A stretch of DNA of 64,000 nucleotides. Source: Bacteroidales bacterium UBA1410. GTDB lineage: Bacteria; Bacteroidota; Bacteroidia; Bacteroidales; Dysgonomonadaceae. This document shows, one piece after another, positions 1 through 12,000 of the stretch; within the stretch, counting starts at the first letter, position 1, and the number at the start of each line of letters is the position of its first letter. The notes beneath the pieces are model-generated. The model saw nothing but the letters and a program-made list of their open reading frames with translations, was not told where the DNA came from and made no database searches. Position numbers and translations under genes: made by a program. The DNA lies in the NCBI GenBank assembly GCA_002305015.1, contig DBPW01000014.1, positions 6,633 to 70,632 of the forward strand, written 5' to 3'.

Positions 1-125
1 TTTTGTAGAAGCCATCTGGAAAATTATTTCGGGAGTATAAAAACAATTCCATTATTAGAAATTCTTTATTTCGTGGAGAGTTGAAAATCATCTTCCTCTC
101 CAAAATAATTAATCGATAATTACAT

Positions 126-1190
126 TTAGAACCACTTACGTTTTTTAAAGTACCCCAACATAACCAAAGCGATAACCACCATTATACCCCATACCATAAA
201 ATAGCCATATCGCCAATGTAATTCCGGCATATAATCGAAATTCATTCCATATACCCCGACGATAAAAGTAAGAGGAATAAAAATAACTGAAAATATAGTC
301 AAAACGGTCATAATATCGTTTAAGCGGGTACTCATGGAAGAGTGATAAATATTCAACATATCATAAAGACTTTCATGAAAATAATCGAGTATCTCAACTG
401 TTTGGTTAATATTATCCCTCAGCTCCTTATAGTGTACTCGGTTTCCTTCCCTAATAAAATCAGTATCTAACTTCATGAGTGTAATAATTACCTCCCTCGC
501 CGGTTTTATCTCACGACTTAAGTTGTTGATTTGACGTTTTAAATTATTGATAACTGCAAGAATCTCCTTGTCGGCGTTCAAAATTAATCGATCTTCCACA
601 TTTTCAATTTTTTCGTCGAATCTTCCTAAAATATACATATAGTTATCTATAATAACATCCAATAATGCAAACATCAGATAATCTGTGCCCGATGTTCGTA
701 TTTTCGTTTTATGCTTACGGATTCGTTCTTTAACAGGATTAAATGCATCTCCCCTCTTTTCCTGAAACGTAATCAATAGATGTTCCATCATTACAAAGCT
801 GACATTTTCAACCCATATTTTGCCTTTCTTTTCATGGAATTCCAGCATTTTGATCGAGACAAATAGGCCGTTATCAAATTCCTCGACCTGAGGGCGTAGA
901 GAAGGATTCATTACATCCGACAAAATATAAGTGGGAATAGAGAACAATGCAGCGATATCAGACATCAATGCTTCATTATGTAATCCATCGATATTTAACC
1001 AGGTGATAACCTCGGGATCGTTGTAAAAACGTAATTCTTCGGTTGACACAATATCTGCCTCTTTCACATTTTCCGCATCAAAAGTGATGACATTCATAAA
1101 GACCCTATCGGTTTTTTTCTCACCACGAAATTTCAATTCGTATGGCGACAAACCAATGTCTTCTTTTCGCTTTACAGGTATGTGGGTCAT
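126..1190 (-). CDS. corA: Magnesium/cobalt transporter CorA
   Basis: 354 aa, large soluble N-domain, two C-terminal TM helices with YGMNF signature and MPEL loop. Confidence 0.95.
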   Translation of the reverse strand: MTHIPVKRKEDIGLSPYELKFRGEKKTDRVFMNVITFDAENVKEADIVSTEELRFYNDPEVITWLNIDGLHNEALMSDIAALFSIPTYILSDVMNPSLRPQVEEFDNGLFVSIKMLEFHEKKGKIWVENVSFVMMEHLLITFQEKRGDAFNPVKERIRKHKTKIRTSGTDYLMFALLDVIIDNYMYILGRFDEKIENVEDRLILNADKEILAVINNLKRQINNLSREIKPAREVIITLMKLDTDFIREGNRVHYKELRDNINQTVEILDYFHESLYDMLNIYHSSMSTRLNDIMTVLTIFSVIFIPLTFIVGVYGMNFDYMPELHWRYGYFMVWGIMVVIALVMLGYFKKRKWF

Positions 1191-1261
1191 AAAAAGTCAG
1201 GTTTTATGGTGATAGAATACAAACATAAACACCGTAAAGATAAATCTCTTTCATGAAAGAA

Positions 1262-1298
1262 AAAAACCGTCTTCGTTCAAATTTCGAAGGCGGTTTTT
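1262..1298. terminator. Intrinsic terminator after mutB (possibly bidirectional)
   Basis: AAAAACCGTCTTCG...CGAAGGCGGTTTTT inverted repeat with A/T tracts on both sides. Confidence 0.75.
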
Positions 1299-1320
1299 AG
1301 CATTATGGAATTGTTATCTT

Positions 1321-3471
1321 TTAATTTTCATCCAACAAAAGATGCATAATATCACATGCCGACTTTGAAACCGGCGTTCCGGGACCAAAAATAGCCGCAA
1401 CACCTGCTTTATACAGAAAATCGTAATCCTGAGGAGGAATGACTCCACCTGCAACTACAATAATATCGGGTCGGCCAAGTTTTTTCAATTCTTCTATTAC
1501 CTGAGGAATTAACGTTTTATGTCCTCCGGCTAACGATGAAACGCCCAAGACGTGAACATCGTTTTCCACTGCCTGCCGTGCAGCCTCTTCCGGAGTTTGA
1601 AACAACGGTCCCATATCAACATCAAATCCACAATCGGCATAGCCGGTTGCTACCACCTTAGCACCACGATCATGGCCGTCCTGCCCCATTTTTGCTATCA
1701 TGATTCTTGGCCTGCGACCTTCTTTTTTCGCAAACTTATCGGTGAGCGCACGTGCCCTCTCAAGCCATGCATCTCCTTTTGCTTCTGATGAGTACACTCC
1801 GGAAATTGTTCTTATTACTGCGTTATAACGACCTACAACTTTTTCACAAGCATACGATATTTCGCCCAATGTAGCGCGAACACGTGCTGCTTCAATCGAT
1901 AATTCCAATAAATTACCTTCTTTGGTTTCCACACATTTGGTGATGGCATCCAATGCTTTCTTTACTGCTTCATTATCACGCGTAGCTCTCAGATGATTCA
2001 ATCTTTCGATCTGCTGCTTACGCACTTCGGTATTATCCACCTCCAAAATGTCGATAGGTTCTTCCTGTTCGAGACAATATACATTGACACCAATAATTTT
2101 TTGAATACCCGAATCGATCCGCGCCTGCATCCGTGCAGCCGCTTCCTCTATGCGCATTTTGGGAATACCCGTTTCGATAGCTTTAGCCATACCTCCAAGC
2201 TTTTCGATCTCTTGAATAAGATCCCATGCTCTATGCGCCAATTCATCGGTAAGTACTTCCACATAATAAGACCCTGCCCATGGATCAATTTCTTTTGTAA
2301 TATAGGTTTCGTCCTGAAGATATATTTGCGTATTACGTGCAATACGAGCCGAAAAATCTGTCGGCAATGCAATTGCTTCATCCAATGCATTAGTATGAAG
2401 CGACTGGGTATGACCTAATGCGGCAGCCATTGCCTCGATGCAGGTGCGTCCTACATTATTGTATGGATCTTGCGCCGTAAGCGACCAACCGGATGTCTGA
2501 CAGTGGGTTCTCAATGCCATAGATTTAGGATTCTTTGCTCCAAAACTTTTTACAATCTTAGCCCACAGCATACGTGCGGCACGCATTTTGGCGATTTCCA
2601 TAAAATGATTCATCCCTATTCCCCAAAAAAAGGAAAGGCGTGGTGCAAATGCATCGATATCGATTCCTGCATTGATACCCGTACGCAAATATTCCATGCC
2701 GTCAGCCAGCGTATAAGCCAACTCGATATCGGCTGTTGCTCCTGCCTCCTGCATGTGATAACCCGATATCGATATGGAATTGAATTTCGGCATATTTTTG
2801 GAAGTATATGCAAAAATATCGGCAATAATCCGCATCGAAAAATCGGGGGGATAAATATACGTGTTGCGCACCATAAATTCTTTCAAAATATCGTTCTGAA
2901 TGGTTCCGCTCAACTCCTCAAGTTTAGCACCCTGTTCTTGTGCTGCAACAATATAAAAAGCAAGTATCGGAAGGACAGCACCATTCATTGTCATTGAAAC
3001 AGACATTTTGTTTAAAGGGATGCCCTCAAACAATATCTTCATATCCTCTACCGAGCAAATGGACACACCTGCTTTGCCTACATCTCCTACTACACGTTCG
3101 TTATCGGCATCGTAACCACGATGGGTAGGCAAATCAAAGGCTACCGACAGTCCTTTTTGACCGGCTGCCAAATTGCGACGATAAAAAGCATTCGACTCCT
3201 CTGCCGTAGAAAAGCCTGCATATTGACGAATTGTCCATGGACGCATCACATACATCGTAGAATACGGACCACGAAGAAAGGGAGGGATCCCAGCAGCATA
3301 ATTTAAATGCTCCATTTCCTCAAGATCTTCTTTTGTGTATACAGGTTTTACCGGAATTTGTTCCGGGGTGAGCCAATCGGCTTTAATCGCATTTTCCTCG
3401 GTCCACTTAGCTACATCAATAGTTGTGAACCCTGTCGACTTAATGTCGATGTTTTTAAAATTCGGTTTCAT
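1321..3471 (-). CDS. mutB: Methylmalonyl-CoA mutase, large (B12-binding) subunit
   Basis: [25 protein letters not shown] and the B12 motif GQDGHDRG...SSLAGGH. Confidence 0.97.
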   Translation of the reverse strand: MKPNFKNIDIKSTGFTTIDVAKWTEENAIKADWLTPEQIPVKPVYTKEDLEEMEHLNYAAGIPPFLRGPYSTMYVMRPWTIRQYAGFSTAEESNAFYRRNLAAGQKGLSVAFDLPTHRGYDADNERVVGDVGKAGVSICSVEDMKILFEGIPLNKMSVSMTMNGAVLPILAFYIVAAQEQGAKLEELSGTIQNDILKEFMVRNTYIYPPDFSMRIIADIFAYTSKNMPKFNSISISGYHMQEAGATADIELAYTLADGMEYLRTGINAGIDIDAFAPRLSFFWGIGMNHFMEIAKMRAARMLWAKIVKSFGAKNPKSMALRTHCQTSGWSLTAQDPYNNVGRTCIEAMAAALGHTQSLHTNALDEAIALPTDFSARIARNTQIYLQDETYITKEIDPWAGSYYVEVLTDELAHRAWDLIQEIEKLGGMAKAIETGIPKMRIEEAAARMQARIDSGIQKIIGVNVYCLEQEEPIDILEVDNTEVRKQQIERLNHLRATRDNEAVKKALDAITKCVETKEGNLLELSIEAARVRATLGEISYACEKVVGRYNAVIRTISGVYSSEAKGDAWLERARALTDKFAKKEGRRPRIMIAKMGQDGHDRGAKVVATGYADCGFDVDMGPLFQTPEEAARQAVENDVHVLGVSSLAGGHKTLIPQVIEELKKLGRPDIIVVAGGVIPPQDYDFLYKAGVAAIFGPGTPVSKSACDIMHLLLDEN

Positions 3472-3583
3472 AAATTTTTATCCTATCTTCCTCTTAAAAA
3501 AGAGTCTTCTGTTTATTATTCAATTATTTTATAATTTATTTTACTCCATTCGGTAACTCCTATTTGTTGAAGTTCCAAACATT

Positions 3584-4198
3584 TCAAACAATCGGAAACA
3601 AAACGAACACCGATACATCCCAAAGTGCATGAGAAATAATCAGCGTTACCAAATTTTTATTATACTTATAAAGCAATCCCCAAAATGCGCCACAAACCAG
3701 AGCAGACATAATGAGCATAAAATTAAATGACCAAATATGCACTAGAGCATAAACCAATGCAGTAACAATCAAAGCTGTCCATCCTCCGTATTTCGGTTCC
3801 AGCATACGTTGTACATAGCCACGCCAGAAGATCTCTTCGGCCGGTCCGATCAAAAAAATGAGCAAAAGGCCAAGATACCATTCGTTTTCCCCTTCTTTCA
3901 TCAGATAGATTCTCGACACTTGATCTTGTGCAAAATCGAAAAGCAGCTTAGCAAAAATGTCACCGAGATAAAATACTCCGTACAATATCGCTGCCGAACC
4001 CATACCAATAAGAACATCTTTTCTTGTGAAGGAAAAATGTTTTTTTAAATCCTTCCCGAAAAAAGCACTCATCAAAATCAGCGTAACTCCTGCAACACCC
4101 ATGGTTATCCAAAAGTTTACATACCCTTTCGTCCACGGAGAAAACATTACAAACCAAAAGGTAGCAGCAATGATAATAGCAAAAATTACTTTTTTCAT
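3584..4198 (-). CDS. CPBP (CAAX/Abi) family intramembrane metalloprotease
   Basis: Hydrophobic 204 aa with AEEIFWRG, YALVH and SHALWD motifs. Confidence 0.88.
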   Translation of the reverse strand: MKKVIFAIIIAATFWFVMFSPWTKGYVNFWITMGVAGVTLILMSAFFGKDLKKHFSFTRKDVLIGMGSAAILYGVFYLGDIFAKLLFDFAQDQVSRIYLMKEGENEWYLGLLLIFLIGPAEEIFWRGYVQRMLEPKYGGWTALIVTALVYALVHIWSFNFMLIMSALVCGAFWGLLYKYNKNLVTLIISHALWDVSVFVLFPIV

Positions 4199-4200
4199 AA

Positions 4201-5103
4201 TCAGGCAGCCAAAAAATTCGCTACTGCAAACAGTAAACTAAAAATTAAAACTAATTGAGCCGAATCAGCATCCAAATTTTTGATCAACTCAGGATTCTCA
4301 ACCTCGGCTTTTTTCATTTGTTTTAAATTTTTCAATTCAATAGGCAAAGAAAGAAAAACGATCAACGTTAAAGGACTTATCATACCAAAAACAACCATTA
4401 ATATTACACTAACGTAAGCCCCTACGGCCAGGATAAGATATTGGACTTTTGCCTTCTCCATTCCTAGTACCATTGCTTGTGTTCTGATATGAGCTCTACT
4501 ATCGTCACGAATATCACGCATATTATTGGCATGCAGAATGTTGACCACCAAAAATGCGATCGGAATATTCAGCAAAACCACATTCCACATCAACTGATTT
4601 GTCATGACAAAAGCGGTACCTAAACCAATCAGCGGTCCGTAAATAATAAAAATCACTAAATCGCCAAAGGCTGCAAACTTCAATTTATAATAAAAAAAAG
4701 TAGCAAGCACGCCAATGCCACCTATCCAAAGCAAATCGGGTCCGGTATGAATAAAAAGAAACCATCCCAATAAAATGCCAATTGCGAGCATAACGACACC
4801 ATAATTCAAGATGGTTTTGGGGAAGAAAATCCCGTCTACCAACATTCGACTTGATCCGAAAGACTCTTTTCGATCAACACCATATTTAAAATCGAAATAA
4901 TCGCCAATCAGATTCCCACTCGCCTGAAAAATGCCGGCACCTATGAACGCTAACACTCCATAAAACCAATTAATATCACTTGCTATTTCATTTTTCAAAA
5001 AATACACATAAGAAATAGTTACCAATGCCGGCATAGTTGAAGCCGGAAATGACCATGGTCGGGTAGCGATAATCCAAGCAGTTATTTTTCTTTCTTTGCT
5101 CAT
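4201..5103 (-). CDS. UbiA-superfamily prenyltransferase, MenA-like
   Basis: N-terminal RPWS, GNLIGDYFDFKYGVD and HANNMRDIRDD aspartate motifs, multiple TM helices. Confidence 0.85.
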   Translation of the reverse strand: MSKERKITAWIIATRPWSFPASTMPALVTISYVYFLKNEIASDINWFYGVLAFIGAGIFQASGNLIGDYFDFKYGVDRKESFGSSRMLVDGIFFPKTILNYGVVMLAIGILLGWFLFIHTGPDLLWIGGIGVLATFFYYKLKFAAFGDLVIFIIYGPLIGLGTAFVMTNQLMWNVVLLNIPIAFLVVNILHANNMRDIRDDSRAHIRTQAMVLGMEKAKVQYLILAVGAYVSVILMVVFGMISPLTLIVFLSLPIELKNLKQMKKAEVENPELIKNLDADSAQLVLIFSLLFAVANFLAA

Positions 5104-5106
5104 GCT

Positions 5107-7005
5107 CTATGCAATTCCCAATAACGAATTGAATGTCTTTAATGTTTCCAATACGTTACTGCGGATATGGATAAAATGCTCGATACCTTTCGCTTTCAAG
5201 TCTTCCATACATTCGGGAGCACCTGCAACCACAAAAATTTCTTTCCCACTTTTTATTTGATCAAAAGCCAACGGTGCAAGTGTCGCATATTCATCGTCAC
5301 TAGAACAAAGAACAATAACATCGGCATCCTTTTCGCGAGCGGCCTTAATTCCTTCTTCAACCGTATCGAAACCAAGATTATCGATAATTTCATAACCCGC
5401 ACAGGCAAAGAAATTACCTGAAAATTGCGAACGAGCAAGACGCATAGCCAAATTGCCGATTGTCAACATAAATACTTTCGGCCGTTTCCCGCTCTTTTCA
5501 GTTGCCAAACGCAATTCATTGAACGGTTCAGCAAGACGACTTTTATTTAGTTTTTTAAGAGGAGCCATTTCAACTTTGGTGTCGATGCTTTCATCTAAAA
5601 GGTTCACTTGAAGTTTATCAAGCATCGTCTCATTGAAATTAGGATACTGATTGGTACCTACCAATATCTCCTTTCTGTTAGAGAGCGCCTTGAAGCGAGC
5701 TTCAGCCGATGTATTCACCGCATCTTGAATAGTACCCGCCTTCAACGCTTCATAAAAACCTTTTTCATCCGTTTCAAGGAAAAGTTTCCAAGCTTGCTCA
5801 GCCAAAGCACCTGTAAGATTTTCGATGTAGTATGAACCGGCTGAAGGATCGGTTATTTTGTCAAAATGCGATTCTTCTTTCAACAGCAATTGCTGATTTA
5901 CAGCGATGCGGTTGCCAAATTCAGTGGGAGCTTCAAATGTTTCATCAAATGGACGAACGGTAAGTGAGTCCACCGTACCTATAATCGCGGACATAGCCTC
6001 GGTCTGCGTACGCAGCATGTTTACATAAGGATCATACAACGTTTGATTAAACTTCGAAGTAATAGCATGAATATACATCTTCGCAGCACACCGACAGGTA
6101 CCATCTTCTGCTTTATTGGAACAATCATGCGTACACGATGGACGGTATGCAGTTACTATTTCTGCCCATAACCATCTGGCAGTACGAAATTTGGCAATTT
6201 CCATGAAATAATTGGATCCCACACCAAAATCGAACTTAATTTTTTTTGCAGCCACATCGGGTTTAATGCCCCTTTCGATGAGCTTGTTCAAGATCTCGTT
6301 TCCTTGAGAAAGGCTGAAACCAAGTTCCTGATATAGGTAAGCGCCGGCATCAGTAAATAGATTACCACCAACTGAAATAGCTCGATATCGCGGTAATGAA
6401 GCCGTAATCTTCACCATCTCTACGATCTTGTCTTCCCAATCGGGATTATCGCTCCCCTCTTGAAGAATGACAGAAAAAGGATTATATTCAATTGAACCCA
6501 AACAGGCCATCGGGTCTAAATTCAAACCCTGTATATAATCTGCAACAATCTGCGCCAATTCAACTGCATTGCCTTTATCCGTTGCAAAGTTCAACTCTAC
6601 CTTGTCAGGCGCAATACCTTTTAACAGATCAACAATATTGTTCGGCGTTATATTTTCCCTGTGTATGTGAAATCCTAAAGAATTCACCCCTCTATTCAGC
6701 AAAGACATTGCTTCCTCGTTGGCAGCACGAAAATCATCCACCTCTATTTCTCGCCGAACATACCATACATTTTCCTTTTTTGTGCCTCGCACATACGGAA
6801 ACTGTCCGGGCAGATTATCCGTCCATTTCAAATCTTCGATGTCTTCAGCACGATAAAAAGGATTTACATTAAAACCTTCATTTGTTCTCCATACCATTTT
6901 TTTCTGAAAATCAGCGCCTTTCAGATCGGCGATGATTTTCTCCATCCATTCTTCGGTGGAAACGGGTGGAAAATCAGTAAAAAGTTTCTCTCTTTGTTTA
7001 CTCAT
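5107..7005 (-). CDS. mutA: Methylmalonyl-CoA mutase, small subunit
   Basis: LFTDFPPVS..EW, FMEIAKFR..R.LW, NMLRTQTEAMSA, DPSAGSYYIE; lacks the DxHxxG cobalt ligand. Confidence 0.95.
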   Translation of the reverse strand: MSKQREKLFTDFPPVSTEEWMEKIIADLKGADFQKKMVWRTNEGFNVNPFYRAEDIEDLKWTDNLPGQFPYVRGTKKENVWYVRREIEVDDFRAANEEAMSLLNRGVNSLGFHIHRENITPNNIVDLLKGIAPDKVELNFATDKGNAVELAQIVADYIQGLNLDPMACLGSIEYNPFSVILQEGSDNPDWEDKIVEMVKITASLPRYRAISVGGNLFTDAGAYLYQELGFSLSQGNEILNKLIERGIKPDVAAKKIKFDFGVGSNYFMEIAKFRTARWLWAEIVTAYRPSCTHDCSNKAEDGTCRCAAKMYIHAITSKFNQTLYDPYVNMLRTQTEAMSAIIGTVDSLTVRPFDETFEAPTEFGNRIAVNQQLLLKEESHFDKITDPSAGSYYIENLTGALAEQAWKLFLETDEKGFYEALKAGTIQDAVNTSAEARFKALSNRKEILVGTNQYPNFNETMLDKLQVNLLDESIDTKVEMAPLKKLNKSRLAEPFNELRLATEKSGKRPKVFMLTIGNLAMRLARSQFSGNFFACAGYEIIDNLGFDTVEEGIKAAREKDADVIVLCSSDDEYATLAPLAFDQIKSGKEIFVVAGAPECMEDLKAKGIEHFIHIRSNVLETLKTFNSLLGIA

Positions 7006-7115
7006 AATAATTTATCATTATTTATTATTTTGGAATTCCGAAATCAATCAGTTCACGTTCAAAAAAGGAAAGAAAAAATTCATTACCTCCTCAAATTCAG
7101 TCTAAAATGACTTGA

Positions 7116-7123
7116 CAAAATTA
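7116..7123 (-). promoter_or_regulatory. Bacteroidetes -7 promoter element (TAATTTTG) for the mutA operon
   Basis: Matches TAnnTTTG about 110 nt upstream of mutA. Confidence 0.5.
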
Positions 7124-7273
7124 CGATAAATTGTTTAGTTAAAAAAACGTTTCTCTTCCAAGAAAACTGCGTCTGAGGTCGTATCCCATAAGTCGGGCAT
7201 TTTTTCTCTTCTTTAAATGCATTTATATTGGTGAAAAATTTTATTCTTAACTGTCCTATAAACCTATTTCAAA

Positions 7274-8050
7274 CTAGTCATACGGCTGAAAATCTTTCAG
7301 TTCGATGAACAAATCGGCAATGCGCGAGACCACTTCCTCAGCATATTTTTTCCCCTTCTCTGCCGTAGACTTTTTGGGATTTCCAATCCCGGTATCTTCC
7401 GTAACTTCCGACCAATTTCGAGGCATCCAGCCTGTTTTCTTATTTAATGATTCAATTTTCATGGGCTTTGTATTCCCATTTCCCGCTTCTTCCATTTTTA
7501 CCAGATGAGGAAAATAATGAAGCATAACCGATGTTTCCTGTTCTCCGGCATGTTCATCGGGGATTTCTTCAAAAAAATCATCTTTCGGAACAATATCATA
7601 CCAATCCACAAGCACAATGACAAAATCAGGATAAATACGTGCCATATCGCGAATCAACGCTTTAAACGAATTTCCTCCGTGTCCGTTTATAATAACCAAC
7701 TTACGAAAGTTTTGCAAATGCAATGCATCTACAATATCCAACAAAATTGCTTTTTGGGTTTCGTAACGAGCATGAACACAAAAGGGCAAATTCCATTGTC
7801 CGGGATTCTGAGAACCCAAATATATCGGTGGCAAAACCATACAATTAACGGCCGCCTTTTCAAAAGCTGCATTTGCACTATCGAGAGCTATTTGGTGAGA
7901 AAGGTAGCAGTCGGTAAGATAGGGTAAATGATAATTGTGTGGCTCAATGGACCCCCAAGGTAAAACAACCACATCATAGTCGTGTTTTCTCACTTCACTC
8001 CACGTAATTTGTGAAGCATCTAAAAAACCATTACTCAATTTTCCGTTCAT
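7274..8050 (-). CDS. Creatininase/creatinine amidohydrolase family protein
   Basis: GSIEPHNYHLP..TD, NGHGGN and HAGEQET metal motifs. Confidence 0.9.
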   Translation of the reverse strand: MNGKLSNGFLDASQITWSEVRKHDYDVVVLPWGSIEPHNYHLPYLTDCYLSHQIALDSANAAFEKAAVNCMVLPPIYLGSQNPGQWNLPFCVHARYETQKAILLDIVDALHLQNFRKLVIINGHGGNSFKALIRDMARIYPDFVIVLVDWYDIVPKDDFFEEIPDEHAGEQETSVMLHYFPHLVKMEEAGNGNTKPMKIESLNKKTGWMPRNWSEVTEDTGIGNPKKSTAEKGKKYAEEVVSRIADLFIELKDFQPYD

Positions 8051-8065
8051 TATGCTTATTTTAAA

Positions 8066-8962
8066 TTATTGTTTCTTATTTTGACCGCTCAAAAAATCCG
8101 AGGAAAGTAAACCGTTTGAAATACAATAAAAAGTTAAACCTGAAACTGTTCTGATTCCTGTTTTGGATATAATATTTTTTCGGTGTGTAAGTACCGTATT
8201 TAAACTAATGTTCAATTTATCGGCGATTTCTTTATTGATATAACCCCGCACAATGAGTTTCAGTATTTCGATTTCCCGTCTAGTGAGTATAGATGTATTT
8301 CTTTTTTCTTGTTTTTTTTCATGGGTAATCACTTGTTGCAAATCATAAATACCTAGACGATCCATTTTTTTGATCTTTGGCTTTAATATCTTATTTTTTA
8401 ATCTATTGTGAATAACAAGATCATTTTCGAGCGTATCGATCCAAAAGATAACGGCATAACATAAATTCTGATTGCACCAGTCGGAAATATGTCTGATGAG
8501 AATATTTTTCAAATCATTCAACAATTCATGTGGATAGTCTTCCAAATAGGTAAGTCCCTTTTCTACATGTTCCTTAAATTGGGATTTAAACTGAAAAAAC
8601 AGGCTGCGAATCATATTCAACTCCTCGGTTTCCGATCCGCTAAGAGCCATAAAAGCATTTAAATGTTTTTCTAGATTTGGTATGGCATTCTGTAGGTAAT
8701 AGTTTATGGTTTGTATAAAATAATTGACGACAGGCTCAATTTCAAACGACATCAATTTGTTTTTCGGCAAATAAGTTTCGTCTATATACACATTAAAAAC
8801 AGTGACTATCAAATCGGAACTCAGCCCATTTTGCAAACAAATTTCGTCAATGGTTCTGTTCCCAACTCCCAAAAAAATGCCAAACCGATTTGCAATAGGG
8901 ATCAATTCGCAATGTTGCTCAAGAACATCAGCCAACACCGAATCTCTTGCGATAGCCGTCAT
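8066..8962 (-). CDS. LuxR-family regulator with N-terminal ScdA/hemerythrin-like domain
   Basis: C-terminal LTRREIEILKLIVRGYINKEIADKLNISLNTVLTHRKNI HTH; N-terminal RFGIFLGVGNRTIDEIC resembles the ScdA_N-type motif. Confidence 0.8.
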   Translation of the reverse strand: MTAIARDSVLADVLEQHCELIPIANRFGIFLGVGNRTIDEICLQNGLSSDLIVTVFNVYIDETYLPKNKLMSFEIEPVVNYFIQTINYYLQNAIPNLEKHLNAFMALSGSETEELNMIRSLFFQFKSQFKEHVEKGLTYLEDYPHELLNDLKNILIRHISDWCNQNLCYAVIFWIDTLENDLVIHNRLKNKILKPKIKKMDRLGIYDLQQVITHEKKQEKRNTSILTRREIEILKLIVRGYINKEIADKLNISLNTVLTHRKNIISKTGIRTVSGLTFYCISNGLLSSDFLSGQNKKQ

Positions 8963-9000
8963 AAAATAAATTTTAGAAAAGGGTTGGGAGAATTTATGCC

Positions 9001-12000
9001 TTACATATATTCATCCCAACGTTTTATTTCGATATCATCAAGATCTAGTTTGCAAAAAGCATGGATAAAAGCACTCGCCAAACGGGTATTGGTAATGAGA
9101 GGAACATTAAAATCTATAGCAGCACGACGAATATAATAGCCGTTTCTTAATTCTCCGGGTGTCAGGTTTTTTGGAATATTAACGATCAAATCGATCTGTC
9201 TGTTTTGAATAAGTTCCACAGCACTCGGACTTTTATTATCACTTGGCCAATAGACCAATGTTGCCGGGATGCCATTTTCCTCCAAAAACTTTTGAGAACC
9301 GGCAGTGGCATACAAATTGTAGCCCTTTTCATAAAGCAATCTTGCCGACTCGAGCAAATCGGCTTTTGATTTGGCAGGACCGGTAGAAAACAATACATTT
9401 TTTTTGGGAATCGTGTATCCAACAGACAACATTGCCGTAAGCAACGCTGAATAAAAATCGTCTCCAAGACACCCCACTTCACCTGTAGAGGCCATATCCA
9501 CCCCTAAAACAGGATCAGCTTTTTGAAGGCGCGAAAAAGAAAACTGCGAAGCTTTAATTCCGACATAATCCAAATCGAAAGCACTTTTGTTTGGTTTTTC
9601 CACATTCAATCCCAACATTATTCTTGTTGCAAGTTCGATAAAATTGATTTTCAGAACTTTCGAAACGAAAGGGAATGAGCGTGAAGCACGAAGATTACAC
9701 TCAATGACCATGATATGGTTATCTTTCGCCAAATATTGAATATTGAACGGACCCGATATATTCAACGCTTTAGCAATTTGACGCGAAATCTTCTTGATTC
9801 TTCTTGCCGTTTCTACATACAATCGCTGAGGAGGAAACTGAATAGTAGCATCGCCGGAGTGCACGCCGGCATATTCCACGTGTTCAGAAATGGCATAAGT
9901 GATGATTTCCCCTTTATCGGCAACTGCATCAAATTCAATTTCTTTTGCATTCTGAATAAAAGAACTCACCACTACAGGATACTGTTTGGATACATCGGCT
10001 GCCAGCTGAAGAAAGTTTTCCAATTCTTCGTCATTTGAACATACATTCATAGCAGCTCCCGATAGCACATAGGATGGGCGAACCAATACAGGATAGCCAA
10101 CTTCTTTCACAAACTGATGAATATCTTCCAACGAGGTCAATTCGCGCCAACGAGGCTGATCAATTTTAAGTTCGTCCAACATACTGGAAAACTTATGGCG
10201 ATCTTCGGCATTATCGATGCTTTTTGCCGGCGTACCTAAAATGTTCACACCTGCTTTATCCAGCCTGACAGCCAAATTATTGGGTATTTGTCCGCCCACA
10301 GAAATGATTACTCCATACGGATTTTCAAGTTCAACAATATCCATAACCCGTTCAAACGTGAGCTCGTCAAAATAAAGACGGTCGCACATATCATAATCGG
10401 TGGATACTGTTTCAGGATTATAATTAATCATTACCGATCGATAACCTTCCTTACGAACCGTATTCAACGCATTCACCGAACACCAATCGAATTCTACCGA
10501 AGAACCAATGCGATAAGCACCCGATCCCAATACAATTACGGAACGCCGATCACCCGAATATTGGATATCGTTCTCCATTCCATTGTAGGTCAAATACAGG
10601 TAATTGGTCTGCGCAGGATATTCGGCAGCCAACGTATCGATTTGCTTCACAACCGGTACGATACCTCGTTTTTTACGATACCAACGAATAATTTCCTGAC
10701 TCTCTTCATCCATCTTTTCTTTCCAGATGGCACGAGCAACCTGAAAATCGGAAAAACCCCGTTGTTTTGCCAATTTTAATAATTCATCGAAAGAAGGATT
10801 ACTATCTTTTTGGAAATCGATGGTGTCCGGAGATAATTTTTCTAATGCTTCAGCAATCTCGATGATGTGATACAATTTATAAAGGAACCATTTGTCGATT
10901 TTTGTCAAATCGTGAATCTGATCGATGGTATACCCTTTACGGAAAGCTTTGCTGATAACGAAAATACGCTGATCGGTAGGTTCGCGAAGGGCTTTATCGA
11001 TATCGTCGATTTTTAGTTCTTTATTTTCAACAAACCCATGCATACCGAGTCCAATCATACGCAATCCTTTTTGAATAGCTTCCTCAAAGGTACGGCCGAT
11101 AGCCATAATTTCACCCACCGACTTCATGCTCGATCCAATCTCTTTTGAAACCCCATTGAATTTTCCCAAATCCCAACGAGGAATTTTTACAACGATGTAA
11201 TCTAAGGCCGGTTCGAAAAAAGCACTCGTGGATTTGGTAACCGAATTTTTCAAATCAAAAAGTCCGTATCCCAAACCCAATTTTGCTGCCACAAAAGCCA
11301 GCGGATATCCGGTTGCTTTAGAAGCTAAAGCCGATGACCGACTAAGACGTGCATTGACTTCTATTACCCGATAATCTTCCGATTCAGGATCAAGAGCAAA
11401 TTGAACGTTACATTCGCCAATAATACCGATATGCCGGATAATGCGAATAGATAACTCACGCAATTTTTGAAATTCGGAATTAGTAAGCGTTTGAGAAGGT
11501 GCTACGACAATACTTTCACCGGTATGAATACCAAGGGGATCGAAATTCTCCATATTGCAAACCGTGATGCAATTATCGTATTTATCGCGTACAACTTCAT
11601 ATTCAATCTCTTTCCACCCCTTCAACGATTTTTCGATGAGCAATTGATTTGAATATGCAAATGTTTTCTCTGCAAGCGCTTTCAATTCATCGTCGTTGTT
11701 GCAAAAGCCGGAACCTAACCCTCCCAATGCATAAGCCGCACGAACAATAATGGGATAGCCAAGCGAATGTGCAGCCTTCAAAGCATCATCGACAGTATTT
11801 ACAGCCATACTTTTGATAGTCTTTACCCCGATTTGATCCAGCTTTTTCACAAAAAGGTCTCGGTCTTCCGTTTCCATAATAGCCTGAACAGGTGTTCCCA
11901 AAACCTTAACATTATACTTATCGAGTATCCCTTTTTCATACAAGGCAACCCCACAATTTAATGCCGTCTGGCCACCGAAGGAAAGTAAAATACCATCCGG

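Noticed and set aside
7006-7273. Possible cobalamin riboswitch upstream of mutA
   Set aside because: No B12-box, GGGAA/GCCACTG core or convincing helices; only a promoter motif is present
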